A stretch of 64,000 nucleotides of DNA from Nitrospirota bacterium (GTDB taxonomy: Bacteria > Nitrospirota > UBA9217). The position numbers and the translations under genes were made by a program. Location of the stretch: the NCBI GenBank assembly GCA_963737155.1, contig CAVTRN010000001.1, positions 1,120,001 through 1,184,000 on the forward strand. Reading direction: 5' to 3'. The notes beneath the pieces were generated by a model that searched no databases, was not told the origin of the DNA, and saw only the letters and a list, made by a program, of their open reading frames with translations. Positions 15,310 through 27,290 of this stretch are shown one piece after another. Every line of letters begins with the position of its first letter. The stretch's first letter is position 1.

Positions 15310-17205
15310 CTAGGGAAATAGAATAACAATCCCCAAAAATACTACTGCGCCCAACGCTATCCCCGTTACATACCACCGAATGTTGCCCGTCTGCGTTTTG
15401 CTCAGCAGACCATGCGCCGCCTGGTTCAAGTTTGCTACACCGGTGTATCCTTGATCGATTATATCCTGCTTGTTGATCTCTGCAAGCCAGAGGAATGGCC
15501 GGACGATCATCCGATCGTATAATGCATCAAAATCCCAACCTGCCAGCCAGAATTTTCTGAGTGAATCAGCGCTTCTCATGACAGCTAATTTCTCCACATA
15601 GGGAGGATGACGAATATATAATACATAGGCGACAAGAACGCCTGATAGCGAAACAAAAGAGGCAATGATCTGGAATATCCATTCAGTCTTCGGCCCGGCC
15701 TGATGGGTTGCGATGGAAGGGAACACTGGCTGGAGAAAGCTGGATAGCAGGGGCAAGTTTCCAAGCGTAGCAGGGAGTTCCACGAAACCGCCGACTATCG
15801 AGAAGAAGGCGAGTATAAAGAGAGGGACAGTCATTCGCATTCCGGGGTGATGCCCTACTTCACTTTTTGATTCGCCGAAAAACGTTACGAAAACCATGCG
15901 AAAGGTGTAGATCGAAGTAACGAACGCGCCGAGGAGTCCTGCGGTCCACAACAGGGTACTCCCCGATGGCGAGGACCAGGCCTGCCATAGAATCAAGTCC
16001 TTGCTATAGAACCCTGCAGTCACGAACGGGAGCGCTGACAGCGAAGCCGATCCGATGAGAAAAGTCCAGAACGTAGAGGAAAGCTTGTTACGAAGGCCGC
16101 CCATCTTGAACATGTCATGCTCCTCGTGCTGAGCAAGGATCACGACGCCTGCGCCAAGAAATAAAAGAGCCTTGAAAAATGCATGGGTCATGAAATGGAA
16201 TATAGCTGCCGACCATGCTCCGACGCCGAGGGCAAGGAACATGTATCCGATCTGGCTGATCGTGGAATATGCCAGGACGCGTTTGATATCGCGCTGTGCA
16301 AGCGCGCTGAACCCAGCCACGAGCAGGGTCGTGGCTCCAATTATCGCCACGGCTGTCTGAACAACAGGCGCTAGCATAAAAAGCACATGGGTTCGCGCAA
16401 TGAGATACACGCCCGCGGTCACCATGGTCGCTGCATGGATCAGGGCGCTTACGGGTGTGGGGCCGGCCATTGCGTCCGGCAGCCAGACCTGGAGAGGAAG
16501 CTGGGCTGACTTACCGAGCGCTCCGCAGAGAAGCAGCGCTGCGGCGAGAACGGCCGCGTTATGACCAACGGGCCACTTTGCATGGGCATCCAGCATCAAG
16601 TCCTGTATATTGAGGGTGCCGAGGTTCGCGAACAGCAGAAATAGCCCAATCGCCATCGCTGTGTCGCCGATGCGTGTTACGATAAAGGCTTTGCGCGCGG
16701 CGCGGCCGTTCGCAGGATCGGCATACCAGAATCCGATGAGGAGATAACTGCAGAGGCCTACTCCTTCCCACCCGAGGTAGAGAAGAACGAGGTTGTCGGC
16801 GAGCACAAGAGTGAGCATGGCACCCACGAAGAGGTTCATATATGCGAAGAACCGGCTGTACCCCGCATCATTCTGCATGAATTCCGTTGAGTAGAGGTGG
16901 ATCAAAAAACCAACAATGGTGATGACAAGGACCATAATCAGAGAGAGCGGGTCGAGTACGAAGGCGATAGATACCGTATAATTGTCGAAATGCATCCAGG
17001 TCCAGAGCGTTTGCGTCAGGACACGAGCGTGCGGAGGCGCGGTTATGAAGTTGACAGCAATGGTAACGGCAAGAAGCGCTGCAAGCCCAACGGAACCCGA
17101 GCCGACCAGAGCGACTATCCTCTTGGGCAGGCGTCGGCCCAGCAGCACAAGGCTGAGGAATCCGGCATAGGGAAGAGCGGGAATGAGGAATAATAATCCG
17201 TTCAT
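15310..17205 (-). CDS. nuoL: NADH-quinone oxidoreductase subunit L
   Basis: GWEGVGLCSYLLIGFWY, GKSAQLPLQVWLPDAMAGPTPVSALIHAATMV. Confidence 0.97.
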   Translation of the reverse strand: MNGLLFLIPALPYAGFLSLVLLGRRLPKRIVALVGSGSVGLAALLAVTIAVNFITAPPHARVLTQTLWTWMHFDNYTVSIAFVLDPLSLIMVLVITIVGFLIHLYSTEFMQNDAGYSRFFAYMNLFVGAMLTLVLADNLVLLYLGWEGVGLCSYLLIGFWYADPANGRAARKAFIVTRIGDTAMAIGLFLLFANLGTLNIQDLMLDAHAKWPVGHNAAVLAAALLLCGALGKSAQLPLQVWLPDAMAGPTPVSALIHAATMVTAGVYLIARTHVLFMLAPVVQTAVAIIGATTLLVAGFSALAQRDIKRVLAYSTISQIGYMFLALGVGAWSAAIFHFMTHAFFKALLFLGAGVVILAQHEEHDMFKMGGLRNKLSSTFWTFLIGSASLSALPFVTAGFYSKDLILWQAWSSPSGSTLLWTAGLLGAFVTSIYTFRMVFVTFFGESKSEVGHHPGMRMTVPLFILAFFSIVGGFVELPATLGNLPLLSSFLQPVFPSIATHQAGPKTEWIFQIIASFVSLSGVLVAYVLYIRHPPYVEKLAVMRSADSLRKFWLAGWDFDALYDRMIVRPFLWLAEINKQDIIDQGYTGVANLNQAAHGLLSKTQTGNIRWYVTGIALGAVVFLGIVILFP

Positions 17206-17230
17206 TGCTCAGGGTTCAGAGTGAAGACCT

Positions 17231-17539
17231 CTATCCTTTCATAATGCTCGCAGCATCGGCGTCGAGAGTTTTAAAATTGTGATGCAACTGAAGAACGAGG
17301 GCCAATCCTACGCAGACTTCAGCTGCAGCCATGGTCAGGATAAAAATGAACATGACCTGACCGTCGACCTGGCCCCATTGCGCTCCCGCGACCACAAAAG
17401 CCAGGCCTACTGCGTTTAGCATCACTTCAACGCTCATGAGCATGAATACGATGTTCCGGCGCACGAGTACGCCGGCCAAACCCAATGCAAACAAGATAGC
17501 TGCCAAAACGAGACCATGCTCCATGGGAATGTTTGCCAT
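17231..17539 (-). CDS. nuoK: NADH-quinone oxidoreductase subunit K
   Basis: [28 protein letters not shown]. Confidence 0.96.
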   Translation of the reverse strand: MANIPMEHGLVLAAILFALGLAGVLVRRNIVFMLMSVEVMLNAVGLAFVVAGAQWGQVDGQVMFIFILTMAAAEVCVGLALVLQLHHNFKTLDADAASIMKG

Positions 17540-17548
17540 TTAAACTCC

Positions 17549-18046
17549 TTAATGCTTATGCGGCCTGCCGAGGTGATACGCACCAACCAATCCCGCCAGA
17601 AGCAGCATCGAAGCCAGCTCTACGCCGATCACGTAGGTGCCGAAGAGGGCTATCCCGACCTGCTTGGGCGTTACTTCGGTGACGGATGCAAGCCGCCCTC
17701 GCTCTGCAATGAATAGATAGATCAGTTCGCATGCGAGTATCAGGCACAGGAGGGCAGGCCCTGTCCAAATCCCCGGCTCAAGCCATTGGGACTCCTGCCT
17801 GGCTGCGTCCGCGCCAAGGTTCAGCATCATGATCACAAAGACAAAAAGGACCATAATTGCTCCGGCATAAATGATCACCTCGAGCGCGGCGACAAAGGGG
17901 GCGCCGAGAGTGAAAAAAATGAGCGCCACAGCGAGCAGCGAAACAATTAGGTATAAAAGCGCGTGTACGGCGCGGGTCCTGGAAATGACCATGACCGTTG
18001 AGAGGACGGCTACAACGCCGGACAGATAAAAAAGGAAGTTCATCAC
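17549..18046 (-). CDS. nuoJ: NADH-quinone oxidoreductase subunit J
   Basis: EVIIYAGAIMVLFVFVIMMLN, ELASMLLLAGLVGA. Confidence 0.95.
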   Translation of the reverse strand: MMNFLFYLSGVVAVLSTVMVISRTRAVHALLYLIVSLLAVALIFFTLGAPFVAALEVIIYAGAIMVLFVFVIMMLNLGADAARQESQWLEPGIWTGPALLCLILACELIYLFIAERGRLASVTEVTPKQVGIALFGTYVIGVELASMLLLAGLVGAYHLGRPHKH

Positions 18047-18092
18047 GGTGGTTACTTTCTTTCAAATTAAAGCAGTGTCGTTCTCGGTTATC

Positions 18093-18608
18093 TCACGGCA
18101 TCAAGTCTTTTACATCCACGGGCTTCTCTTCATTCTCTGCCTCGCCCTTGTCCTTGTCCTTTATCGAGAGTCCTGCAACGCGGTAAAAATTATAATCAGG
18201 ATACTTGCCCGGTCCGCTGATGAGCAGATCCTCTTTTTCGTAAACAAGGTTTTGACGCTTATACTCACCCATCTCGAAATCGGTCGTAAGCTGTATGGCA
18301 TAGGTCGGGCATGCTTCTTCGCAGTATCCGCAGAATATGCACCGAGAAAAATTGATGCGGAAAAACTCGGGATAGCGCCTCCCATGCTCGTCCTGAGTAG
18401 CCTGAAGCGAAATGCAGTCGACAGGGCATGCCACAGCGCAGAGATAGCACGCAACGCATCGCTCACCACCGTCGGGGCTGCGGGCAAGGATGATTCTGCC
18501 TCGCCATCGAGGAGGAATGTAAGGCCTCTCCTCGGGGTACTGGATCGTGACCCGCTTTCGGAACATGGTTATGAAGACCGTCCAGATTGATTTTAGCAAG
18601 CTAATCAT
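18093..18608 (-). CDS. nuoI: NADH-quinone oxidoreductase subunit I
   Basis: [12 protein letters not shown] and [12 protein letters not shown]; E. coli-like C-terminus VDVKDLMP. Confidence 0.97.
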   Translation of the reverse strand: MISLLKSIWTVFITMFRKRVTIQYPEERPYIPPRWRGRIILARSPDGGERCVACYLCAVACPVDCISLQATQDEHGRRYPEFFRINFSRCIFCGYCEEACPTYAIQLTTDFEMGEYKRQNLVYEKEDLLISGPGKYPDYNFYRVAGLSIKDKDKGEAENEEKPVDVKDLMP

Positions 18609-18756
18609 AGGTTTGACCTACCAAAGCATTATTTCATGTTCTGCCGGGACAGGCTGCACAGTACAGAGAAGATCCGCATTCCCGTTCGCCATTCCGGCGC
18701 GCGTAGGAATGACGTAAAAGAATAGTCCCCAATGAGAGGTATTGCAGAATCTACAA

Positions 18757-19716
18757 CTATCTTGTCAATAGAACCGCCGCTCCTGTCACAATCAGGTTCA
18801 GCAATGACAGCGGCAGCATCACCTTCCATCCGAACGACATAAGCTGATCATAGCGCGGCCGGGGGAGCGACGCACGGAGGAGAATAAAAAAACAGATAAA
18901 CAAAAACGTTTTAATCAGGAACCAGGCCAGAGGTGGAAGGAGAGGCCCCCACCAGCCGCCGAAAAACAGAGCAACGGTCAGCGCTGAAATTAAAGCGATT
19001 CCGAGATATTCTCCCACGAAGAACATGCCGAATTTCATCCCCGAATATTCTGAATGGTATCCCGCAACGAGTTCGCTCTCCGCTTCGGGTAGATCGAAGG
19101 GCAGGCGATGGGTTTCAGCAATTCCTGCGATAAAAAAGACGACGAAACCAATAAACTGTGGCACCACGAACCACATGTGGCGCTGCGCTTCCACGATTTC
19201 TCGCAGGTTGAACGACCCCGCAAGCATGACGACGCCCATGACCGACAGACCCATGAAGACTTCATAGGAGAGCATTTGCGCAGACGCTCTCAGCCCGCCT
19301 AATAGTGAATATTTGCTGCCCGATGCCCAGCCCGCCAATGCCACGCTGTATACGCCGAGGGATGACATGGCCAGGAAGAACAGAAGTCCAATATTCAGAT
19401 CAACGATCTGGATACCCGGCGCGAAAGGGATGATGGCGTAAGACATGAGCACGACTACGACGATGACAGCCGGCGCGATGATGAACATGGCCTTGTCTGC
19501 AAAGGGTGGGATCCAGTCTTCTTTTGTGAAGACCTTGATCATATCTGCCAGCACCTGCAAGAGGCCGAACGGCCCCACCCTATTCGGGCCGTAACGATCT
19601 TGCCACAGGCCTAGCAACCGGCGTTCGAGCCAGATCAACATCCCACCGATGGTCAGCACGACGATTAAAATACCGTAAAGCATTACGAGTTGCCTGATAA
19701 TGTCCGTCATGATCAT
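18757..19716 (-). CDS. nuoH: NADH-quinone oxidoreductase subunit H
   Basis: [36 protein letters not shown]. Confidence 0.97.
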   Translation of the reverse strand: MIMTDIIRQLVMLYGILIVVLTIGGMLIWLERRLLGLWQDRYGPNRVGPFGLLQVLADMIKVFTKEDWIPPFADKAMFIIAPAVIVVVVLMSYAIIPFAPGIQIVDLNIGLLFFLAMSSLGVYSVALAGWASGSKYSLLGGLRASAQMLSYEVFMGLSVMGVVMLAGSFNLREIVEAQRHMWFVVPQFIGFVVFFIAGIAETHRLPFDLPEAESELVAGYHSEYSGMKFGMFFVGEYLGIALISALTVALFFGGWWGPLLPPLAWFLIKTFLFICFFILLRASLPRPRYDQLMSFGWKVMLPLSLLNLIVTGAAVLLTR

Positions 19717-22424
19717 GCCGCCTTCTTTATTTTATAATACCGCGACGGAACGATCCCCAGCGATGCAGCCATGGCTGAGTGGAGGCCTGCAACGCCCTTG
19801 GGCAAATCCGGAAAGATCATCAACTGCAGCAAATAGGTTTCCAGATCAGTCGATATTTCCGCCATCTCTCCCCGTGTCGCATTTATACGCGATGCATCTT
19901 CGGGATTGAGCGCAATGTACGGTTTGGGAGCTTGCTGAGCAATTCCAGGAGAGAGAGAACTCAATTCCTCGGAGCCGAAAATATGATAGAGTGGAACGAT
20001 TAGCCATTCGTTATTTTTATGGTTAAATGCGTCGGGGATGCGCTGGAAGTATTCCGCTTTGTCGCTGTTTGAACTCTCAAGCAGTCTTTTGCCGGGATCG
20101 CCTCCATGAAGAAGGCCACCGACCTCCTGTTGGAATTTATTCAAGGCCTGGACAGAGTTCCATCCCGGCGACCAGTACCGGGATATGAATGAGGAAGGTG
20201 GTTCACCCTCGTACCCTTCCATCGAATATGAGAGGGGTGAGTCTGCGTCCTCCGGAGGCTTTGGCTCATGGACGCTGATGTTTGCCAGCATGGATGTTCG
20301 GCCGCTGTACCGATGAGGCTGACGCGGTATTTTCTGACCGTCAATCCTAAAGTCCGCATCTGGTGCCAGATTCTGAAGCGGTTTAAAAAGTGGAAATGCA
20401 GCCGCGATTTCGGCGGTGATATCGTCAAAATTCTTCCAGTGAGCCTGGCCGCGTCCTGATACCGTGATGATATCGCGAATCCATTTCCAGCCTTCTTGTA
20501 CGTCATGGTCGGGTTTGATGACCGGATAGAACCTCTGAGCCCGACCTTCGTTGTTCACGATCGTTCCCTGAGACTCAGCAAACGTACTGGCAGGCAGCGC
20601 GAGCTCGGCTGTTGACGACATCTGATTTACCAAATGATCGATGACGACAACGTGTTTTGCGGCTTTTATGAACTCGTTTAACCTGACAGCGTCAGTTCTT
20701 TGGTAAAGATCATTTTCGAGGATAACGACCGTATCAGCGACACCGCTGAGAACGGTTTTGCAGGCATCATCCAGCGACTTACCCTGAAAAAGAGCAAGAC
20801 CCATGCTGTTGCATTCCTTCGCGGTGAAACAAAGCCGGGTACTTTTCCCGATTCCGCACAATGACCACGCCACGTTTGCGGCTGCCTGCACCACGGCTGA
20901 GTTGCCGAGGCTTCCTCCCGACACAATGAGCGGTCGTCTGGCGTTTTTCAATGCGATAGCGATTTCCTTCGCTGTTTCGAGAGCCGCCCCGGAAAGGTCC
21001 ACTACCGGAGGAGTATCGGGGTTCAGGTGGTGAGCGACGGCGAAACCAAGCCTCGCAATATCATCAGGCGCCGCATGGTATGTTTTTGCTGCGATGTTAT
21101 CGAGCTTCGTGCCGCAGACCGATGCTGAAAAAAGCGGGCTCCGTTCGTCCTGGGCGGCATTGCGGACCGCAGCATCATCCCATGCAGGGACCCTAATCCC
21201 GGCTGCCATATCCAGCCCTTTTCGCTGAACGGACTGCTGGAGGGCCAGCGCCAGCAGGGGGGCAGTGTTAGTCACGTCTTCGCCCAGAATGAACACGGCG
21301 TCGGCCATGGCCACATCATGCAGGGAAGCCGGCTGAGCCGGGCCCTTCGAAAAAATCTCGGCGATCATGCCTTGCAGTCGCCGCTCAATTTCCGGTATCC
21401 CTGAATAGAAATTGCCTGGACCGACGAGCGTGCGGAGTGCGAAATTGGATTCGAGCGAGGCTCGCGGAGAACCGATGCCGATGATGCCCCTACTCTTGGC
21501 CAGGATGCCGGTTACCTGTGTAAGCGCCAGAGTCTTTTCCACCGGTATCTGGACATGCTGACCGGACTCTTTCATCAGTCCTTTTCTTATCCTTCGTCCG
21601 CTGTTGACGAAATTGTATCCGAACCGCCCGCGGTCGCAGAGGAAGTAACCATTCACCTCGTAGTTATATCGGTTGAGTATCCTTCTCAGCGAACCATAAC
21701 GCTCGCCGGGAATGGTGTTGCAGCCGATGCCGCAATGCACGCAGACTGAAGGCGCGGTTTGAAGGTCCCATTTGCGAGTGAAGTGCTGCTTTAGCGTTTT
21801 GTCCGTGAATACGCCGGTGGGGCAGACCTCGACCAGGTTACCGCTAAACTCGCTTTCCAGAACGCCGTCCTCATGGCGGCCGAAGTAGACGTGATCATGA
21901 GATGCAAATACCTGGAGATCCCTACCGCCCGCATAGTCGCGGTAAAATCTGATGCAACGATAGCACTGGATGCAGCGGTTCATCTCGTGGTTGATGAAGG
22001 GGCCGAGATTCTGGTTCCGGTAGGTGCGCTTCTTGAATCGAGTCCTCCGGTAATCATGTCCCGTCATGACCGTCATGTCCTGCAAGTGGCATTCGCCGCC
22101 CTCATCGCATACAGGACAGTCGTGGGGATGGTTCAGCATCAGCCACTCGATAACGCTCGATCGGAAGGCCCGCGCATCGGGATCGTCCACAGAGAGATGC
22201 AAACCTTCGGCCACCGGCGTCATGCAGGACATCACGATTCTGCCACGGGTGTCCTTTTCGTCCTTGAACAACTTGACCGCACACTGCCTGCACGCCCCCA
22301 CGGAGTGCATGGCCGGGTGCCAGCAGAAATAAGGCAGGTCGAGGCCGAGGGAGAGGCAGGCTTGCAGAAGATTCTGGCCGTCATTGACCTGATAAGGTTT
22401 ATTGTCTATATAGATAGTGACCAT
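19713..22424 (-). CDS. nuoG: NADH-quinone oxidoreductase subunit G (long, 903 aa)
   Basis: [31 protein letters not shown], and the N7 motif CVHCGIGC...C. Confidence 0.96.
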   Translation of the reverse strand: MVTIYIDNKPYQVNDGQNLLQACLSLGLDLPYFCWHPAMHSVGACRQCAVKLFKDEKDTRGRIVMSCMTPVAEGLHLSVDDPDARAFRSSVIEWLMLNHPHDCPVCDEGGECHLQDMTVMTGHDYRRTRFKKRTYRNQNLGPFINHEMNRCIQCYRCIRFYRDYAGGRDLQVFASHDHVYFGRHEDGVLESEFSGNLVEVCPTGVFTDKTLKQHFTRKWDLQTAPSVCVHCGIGCNTIPGERYGSLRRILNRYNYEVNGYFLCDRGRFGYNFVNSGRRIRKGLMKESGQHVQIPVEKTLALTQVTGILAKSRGIIGIGSPRASLESNFALRTLVGPGNFYSGIPEIERRLQGMIAEIFSKGPAQPASLHDVAMADAVFILGEDVTNTAPLLALALQQSVQRKGLDMAAGIRVPAWDDAAVRNAAQDERSPLFSASVCGTKLDNIAAKTYHAAPDDIARLGFAVAHHLNPDTPPVVDLSGAALETAKEIAIALKNARRPLIVSGGSLGNSAVVQAAANVAWSLCGIGKSTRLCFTAKECNSMGLALFQGKSLDDACKTVLSGVADTVVILENDLYQRTDAVRLNEFIKAAKHVVVIDHLVNQMSSTAELALPASTFAESQGTIVNNEGRAQRFYPVIKPDHDVQEGWKWIRDIITVSGRGQAHWKNFDDITAEIAAAFPLFKPLQNLAPDADFRIDGQKIPRQPHRYSGRTSMLANISVHEPKPPEDADSPLSYSMEGYEGEPPSSFISRYWSPGWNSVQALNKFQQEVGGLLHGGDPGKRLLESSNSDKAEYFQRIPDAFNHKNNEWLIVPLYHIFGSEELSSLSPGIAQQAPKPYIALNPEDASRINATRGEMAEISTDLETYLLQLMIFPDLPKGVAGLHSAMAASLGIVPSRYYKIKKAA

Positions 22425-22531
22425 AGATGATCAATGTCAAAGTTGTAAAAAAACTGCGTTTGTAGAGAGTTGGGTTTCGCACTTCTGACGTCAGAGGGCA
22501 ACAATCACTTTTTTTGAATTATTTAAATTGC

Positions 22532-23803
22532 CTATTTGTAGCTGCATCTTTTTTCCTGGATGTGCCTCTCAAAATCCTCACGAAAATATTTGATCGCACT
22601 CTGCAGCGGTTCGACCGCGCCTGGGGCAAGAGCGCAGTAGGTATTGCCCGGCCCTAAAAGACTGCACTGCTGAGACAGGATATCGATATCCTGCGGCTCA
22701 CCCGATCCACTTTCGATGGCACCGAGCATCTTTTCGATCCACGGTAGTCCCTCCCTGCAGGGCGTGCACCAGCCGCATGACTCTCGGGCAAAGAACACTT
22801 CCAGATTGTGAACGAATTCTACCGGACAGGTCCTGTCATCGAGTACGATCATAGTGCCAGTACCGAGCCTGCTGCCCGCCTTCATGACCGAGTCAAAATC
22901 CATTTTCACGTCGAGATGATCGGAGATGAGAAAATCCGTGGAAGCGCCTCCGGGAATGATGCCTCGGAATTGATACCCATCCTGCATGCCCCCGGCATGT
23001 TCTTCCAGAAGTTGACGGACCGTCACTCCCATGGGCAGCTCCCAGATACCTGGTTTTTTTACGTGGCCGCTCATACCGTAGAGCTTGGTGCCGGCATCAG
23101 TACTTTTACTGAGTTGTTTGAACCACTCAGCCCCGTTGTTCACGATATGCGGGATGTTCGCTATCGTTTCTGCATTGTTGACGATCGTCGGCTTGCCGAA
23201 AAGGCCGCAAACCTGCGGGAAAGGCGGCTTGGAACGCGGTGTTGCGCGTTTACCCTCCAGCGCGTTCAGGAGCGCGGTTTCTTCTCCGCAGATATATCTT
23301 CCCGCGCTGCCATGGACGCGAAGCTCGAGATTGAATCCCGATCCGAGAATGTTCCTGCCCAGATAGTTGTTTGCATACGCCTCCGCGATTGCCGTTTCGA
23401 GCCGTTTTATCGCAAGCTTGTATGCCCAGCGCACGAAAATGAAGGCTTGCTCTGCTTCAATGGCGTAAGCGCTCGCGATGACGCCTTCAATGATCTGGTG
23501 CGGATCTCCTTCGAGCAGCAGCCGGTCCTTGAACGTGCCTGGCTCCATCTCGTCGGCGTTTACGACTAAATACTTGGGACGCCGCGCCTTTGGCCCCATG
23601 GGGACAAAGCTCCACTTCGCTCCTGTCGGAAAGCCCGCGCCGCCCCGGCCGCGCAAGTTTGAGGTTTTCACGATGTTCTGAACATCCTGGGGCGACATCG
23701 AAATAACTTTGCGAACGGCCTGATACCCTCCTGCCTTCTCGTATTCCCTGAGAGAGAGGGGCTCACGGTCGGGCTGGATGTTTTTCGTAAGTGGTTGTTC
23801 CAT
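22532..23803 (-). CDS. nuoF: NADH-quinone oxidoreductase subunit F
   Basis: GRGGAGFPTG, NADEMEPGTFKD, YICGEETALL, ESCGWCTPCREG. Confidence 0.97.
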   Translation of the reverse strand: MEQPLTKNIQPDREPLSLREYEKAGGYQAVRKVISMSPQDVQNIVKTSNLRGRGGAGFPTGAKWSFVPMGPKARRPKYLVVNADEMEPGTFKDRLLLEGDPHQIIEGVIASAYAIEAEQAFIFVRWAYKLAIKRLETAIAEAYANNYLGRNILGSGFNLELRVHGSAGRYICGEETALLNALEGKRATPRSKPPFPQVCGLFGKPTIVNNAETIANIPHIVNNGAEWFKQLSKSTDAGTKLYGMSGHVKKPGIWELPMGVTVRQLLEEHAGGMQDGYQFRGIIPGGASTDFLISDHLDVKMDFDSVMKAGSRLGTGTMIVLDDRTCPVEFVHNLEVFFARESCGWCTPCREGLPWIEKMLGAIESGSGEPQDIDILSQQCSLLGPGNTYCALAPGAVEPLQSAIKYFREDFERHIQEKRCSYK

Positions 23804-23878
23804 AGTTGTCTTTAGCCACGAATGAACGCGGTCTATCGTATAGGTTTATCCTTCATCCTGTTCATCCGTCATTTCAAC

Positions 23879-24343
23879 TCATGCATACTTGCTGAGAATC
23901 GCATCCAACATCTCAGGTGCAACCGGTCCGTAGAGGTCGTCATCAACCATTATCGCCGGGCCTCGATCGCAGGCACCGAGGCAGGAGATGGGGAGCAGTG
24001 TGAATCGTCTATCTTCTGTCGTCTCGCCGAAAGAAACATTTAGCCGGAGTTTTAAAAGATCTAGCAGTGGATTGTAGCCCATGACCCAGCAGCTGATGCT
24101 GTCGCACACAAGGATCACATGCCTCCCCACCGGCTTCCTGAAAAGGAAACTGTAGAATGTGGCCACGGCATCGAGCTCATCGGCTGTCATGTTAAGCCTG
24201 ACTGCAATGTCCCTGACCGCTTCGTCCGACACCCAGCCGCGGTAGCGCTGGACGATGTTAAGCGCATCGACGGATACGGAGGACTTTATGGTCGTACGGG
24301 CTAGCTCGGCGTCTATTTCACTTTTTTCTTTTTCCGACAACAT
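23879..24343 (-). CDS. nuoE: NADH-quinone oxidoreductase subunit E
   Basis: VATFY; CDSISC and CLGAC 2Fe-2S ligands. Confidence 0.96.
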   Translation of the reverse strand: MLSEKEKSEIDAELARTTIKSSVSVDALNIVQRYRGWVSDEAVRDIAVRLNMTADELDAVATFYSFLFRKPVGRHVILVCDSISCWVMGYNPLLDLLKLRLNVSFGETTEDRRFTLLPISCLGACDRGPAIMVDDDLYGPVAPEMLDAILSKYA

Positions 24344-24384
24344 GGGTTCCTCTTGAACCTGAAATCTGAACGGGAATCTTCTTT

Positions 24385-26133
24385 TTAGCGATCCAAATCC
24401 GCGAGGATAAAATCAATGCTTCCTAGGATTGCCAGCAGGTCGGCAATCATCAGCCCCCTGCTTATCTGCGGCACCATTTGCAGATGGGGAAAAGAAGGAG
24501 TCCGGATGCGTGTACGGTACGAAACGGTGTTGCCGTCGCTGATCAGATAGTAGCCGTTGTTTCCCTTCGTTGCTTCTATTCCCATGAAAGCTTCACCGGC
24601 TGGGATAACGGGCCCCCAGCTCACGTTCAGGAAATGCGTGATAAGCGTCTCGATATCGTGCATCGTATGCTCTTTGCGCGGAGGCGTGGTGAGCGGGTGA
24701 TCGGATTTATAGGGCCCTTGGGGCATGTTGTTCACGCACTGCTCGATGATGCGCAGGCTCTGCCGCATTTCCTCGACACGGACAATACCCCGGTCATAGC
24801 AGTCGCCATGAACCGCCGTGGGAATATCGAATTCGAAGTTCTCGTAGCCCGAGTACGGTCGCTTCTTGCGGAAGTCCCACTCGAACCCGCAGGCCCTGAG
24901 GCCTGGGCCCGTCACGCCGGAATCGATGGCCTCATCGAGCGTGTATTTCCCGATACCGATGGTGCGTCCCTTGAATATCCTATTTTGCATCACGATGGAA
25001 TTGTATTCTTTGAGCCGCGGGGGAAGGTATTTGAGGAAGTTTCTGATAAGACCATCCCACCCCTTCGGCAGGTCCTGGGAGACACCGCCGATCCGGAACC
25101 ATTCGGGGTGCATGCGACCGCCGCAGACGGCCTCAATAATGTCGAATATCCGTTCCCGGTCGGTGAACATGTAAAATACGGGCGAGAGCGAGCCCACGTC
25201 CTGGGCAAAGGTGCCGTACCAGACGAGATGGCTCGCGATACGGAAAAGTTCAGACAGCATCACCCGGATTGTTTTGACCCGGTCAGGAACTTCGATACCT
25301 GCAAGTTTCTCGACCGCGAGAACATAGGCAAGATTGTTCATTGCGCCGCCCAGATAGTCTATGCGGTCTGTGTAGGGGATATAGGTATGCCACGACTGGC
25401 GTTCGGCCATCTTTTCTGCGCCGCGATGGTGATAGCCGATATCGAGCACGGCGTCCCTGATTGTTTCGCCGTCAAGCTGGAGGATGAAGCGAATAAGACC
25501 GTGAGTGCCAGGGTGCTGCGGTCCAAGATTCAGAAACATGAAGTCAGTATCTTCTCCTGCGCGCTGCATGCCCCAGTCCTCGGGGCGAAACTGGAGCGCC
25601 TCCTGCTCAACCAGCTCTTTTTCGTCAGGCAGGCGGAATGGGCCCATCTCGGTCGCCCGCGCGGGATGGTCCTTGCGGAGGGGGTGTCCCTGCCATGTGG
25701 GCGGCATCAAAATCCTTCTGAGGTGGGGGTGCCCGTCGAATTTCACGCCGAACATATCCCATACCTCGCGTTCATACCAGTCCGCTGACCGCCAGAGCGC
25801 CGTTATGGTTGGCAGGGACAGGGAGTCGCTCTGCAGCGGGACCTTGATACGGATGTCATCGTTCCGTTCGTAGGACAGGAGATGATACACGATGGTAAAG
25901 TCGCTCGCGGGCTGGTCCTGTCTGTGGGCCCGGACACGCTCATCGATCGCCGTGAGGTCGTACAGCGTCCTATAGGGCCGGTCAATTGCAGTTTTCAAAT
26001 AGTGGAGAATATCACGAGCTTGTTGTCTGCCGACCCAGAGCGTGGGAATTTCATCGCGTGTGCTTTGGATGGCGAGCACGTCCTGTCCGAATGTTTTTTT
26101 TAAATCATCGATGATCGAATTGTCCACAGTCAT
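24385..26133 (-). CDS. nuoCD: Fused NADH-quinone oxidoreductase subunit C/D
   Basis: [11 protein letters not shown] and GHPLRKD (C part); [19 protein letters not shown] and DLDR (D part) in one ORF. Confidence 0.96.
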   Translation of the reverse strand: MTVDNSIIDDLKKTFGQDVLAIQSTRDEIPTLWVGRQQARDILHYLKTAIDRPYRTLYDLTAIDERVRAHRQDQPASDFTIVYHLLSYERNDDIRIKVPLQSDSLSLPTITALWRSADWYEREVWDMFGVKFDGHPHLRRILMPPTWQGHPLRKDHPARATEMGPFRLPDEKELVEQEALQFRPEDWGMQRAGEDTDFMFLNLGPQHPGTHGLIRFILQLDGETIRDAVLDIGYHHRGAEKMAERQSWHTYIPYTDRIDYLGGAMNNLAYVLAVEKLAGIEVPDRVKTIRVMLSELFRIASHLVWYGTFAQDVGSLSPVFYMFTDRERIFDIIEAVCGGRMHPEWFRIGGVSQDLPKGWDGLIRNFLKYLPPRLKEYNSIVMQNRIFKGRTIGIGKYTLDEAIDSGVTGPGLRACGFEWDFRKKRPYSGYENFEFDIPTAVHGDCYDRGIVRVEEMRQSLRIIEQCVNNMPQGPYKSDHPLTTPPRKEHTMHDIETLITHFLNVSWGPVIPAGEAFMGIEATKGNNGYYLISDGNTVSYRTRIRTPSFPHLQMVPQISRGLMIADLLAILGSIDFILADLDR

Positions 26134-26311
26134 GGCATTTTATGTAAAGCTTTTTGAAGCAGAGGGCGCAGAGATCACGGAGAAAACCGCTAAAATACAA
26201 GAGAGGAACACAAGAACTTTAAGCCGCTTAATTTATGACTCTAGAGTTCTCATGTTGCAAAGGGCTCAAATCTACACGCCCTTTCATCCTCTATGGTTAG
26301 GTATATTTTCT

Positions 26312-26666
26312 CACTAGTGTCCCAACGTTGAATGACGAACATTGCCTAACATGGAGAAAACTATAAATATTTATTCTCAAATGCAACTTTTCGATTTGAA
26401 TTAATTCATGCCGATTGGACGTAATTCCGCAGCCCCGTGGAAAGAACGAGCCTGTTGTGTGTCGGGAAAGCCGCTTTTTGCTCATGTATTATTGTCAAGA
26501 TAAAATAAAGCAGAATTGGTGTCTCTACACAGTTCTACAATTTTTAAGTGTTACACTTTTCGGGAAAACGTCCATTTTCGAGTACATTTATCACTAAATT
26601 GCATAAATGATAGCAGCAATGCTTATAACCAATTGAATCTATTTCTATAACGTTGGGACACTAGTG
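26312..26666. mobile_element. 355-bp non-autonomous element (MITE), probably IS4-family derived
   Basis: Perfect 18-bp terminal IR CACTAGTGTCCCAACGTT (26312-26329 / 26649-26666), 9-bp direct repeat ATATTTTCT (26303-26311, 26667-26675), AT-rich interior, no transposase. Confidence 0.9.
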
Positions 26667-26675
26667 ATATTTTCT

Positions 26676-27290
26676 CTATACTTCATCGGGCGACCGCAGA
26701 ATCGTTGCCTTCCTCCGCTTTTCACGCTTCAGGTCTCGCATGGAAGGCATTTCAGGCCGCACAACTTCCTGAGGGCCCGTGGCCCAGCTCAGGGGGCGCC
26801 GTTCTTGCCCTACTTTCTCGCGGAGCATAAGCAGCCCTTCCATGAAGGCATCGGGCCGGGGAGGGCAGCCCGGCACGTACACGTCAACGGGCAGGAACTT
26901 GTCCACGCCCTGTACCACGCTGTAGATATCATACATGCCGCCGGAGTTGGCGCAGGAGCCCATGGAGATGACCCACCGCGGCTCCATCATCTGTTCGTAG
27001 AGCCTCTTGATGACGGGCGCCATCTTGATGAAAACCGTCCCGGCGATGATCATCATGTCGGCCTCACGGGGTGTGCCGCGCATTACTTCTGCGCCGAAAC
27101 GTGCGATATCGTATTTGCTCGTGAGGCTCGTAGCCATTTCGACGTAGCAGCAGGAGAGGCCGAAGTTGAACGGCCAGATAGAGTTTTTCCTGCCCCAGGC
27201 GAGCATGTCCTGGAGTCGGGTAAGGAATAGGCTCCTGCGCACGGCGTCTTCGACGGAATCGTAGCCGGGTTTGTTTAGAGAATAGTTCAT
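26676..27290 (-). CDS. nuoB: NADH-quinone oxidoreductase subunit B
   Basis: [29 protein letters not shown]. Confidence 0.97.
   Translation of the reverse strand: MNYSLNKPGYDSVEDAVRRSLFLTRLQDMLAWGRKNSIWPFNFGLSCCYVEMATSLTSKYDIARFGAEVMRGTPREADMMIIAGTVFIKMAPVIKRLYEQMMEPRWVISMGSCANSGGMYDIYSVVQGVDKFLPVDVYVPGCPPRPDAFMEGLLMLREKVGQERRPLSWATGPQEVVRPEMPSMRDLKREKRRKATILRSPDEV

Noticed and set aside
22425-22531. Possible second MITE in the nuoF-nuoG spacer
   Set aside because: The inverted ends are only short A/T tracts and there is no target duplication.
24478-25788. Long antisense ORFs (436 aa here, 407 aa at 35588-36811, 253 aa at 22808-23569)
   Set aside because: Shadows of well-supported genes on the opposite strand; no motifs.
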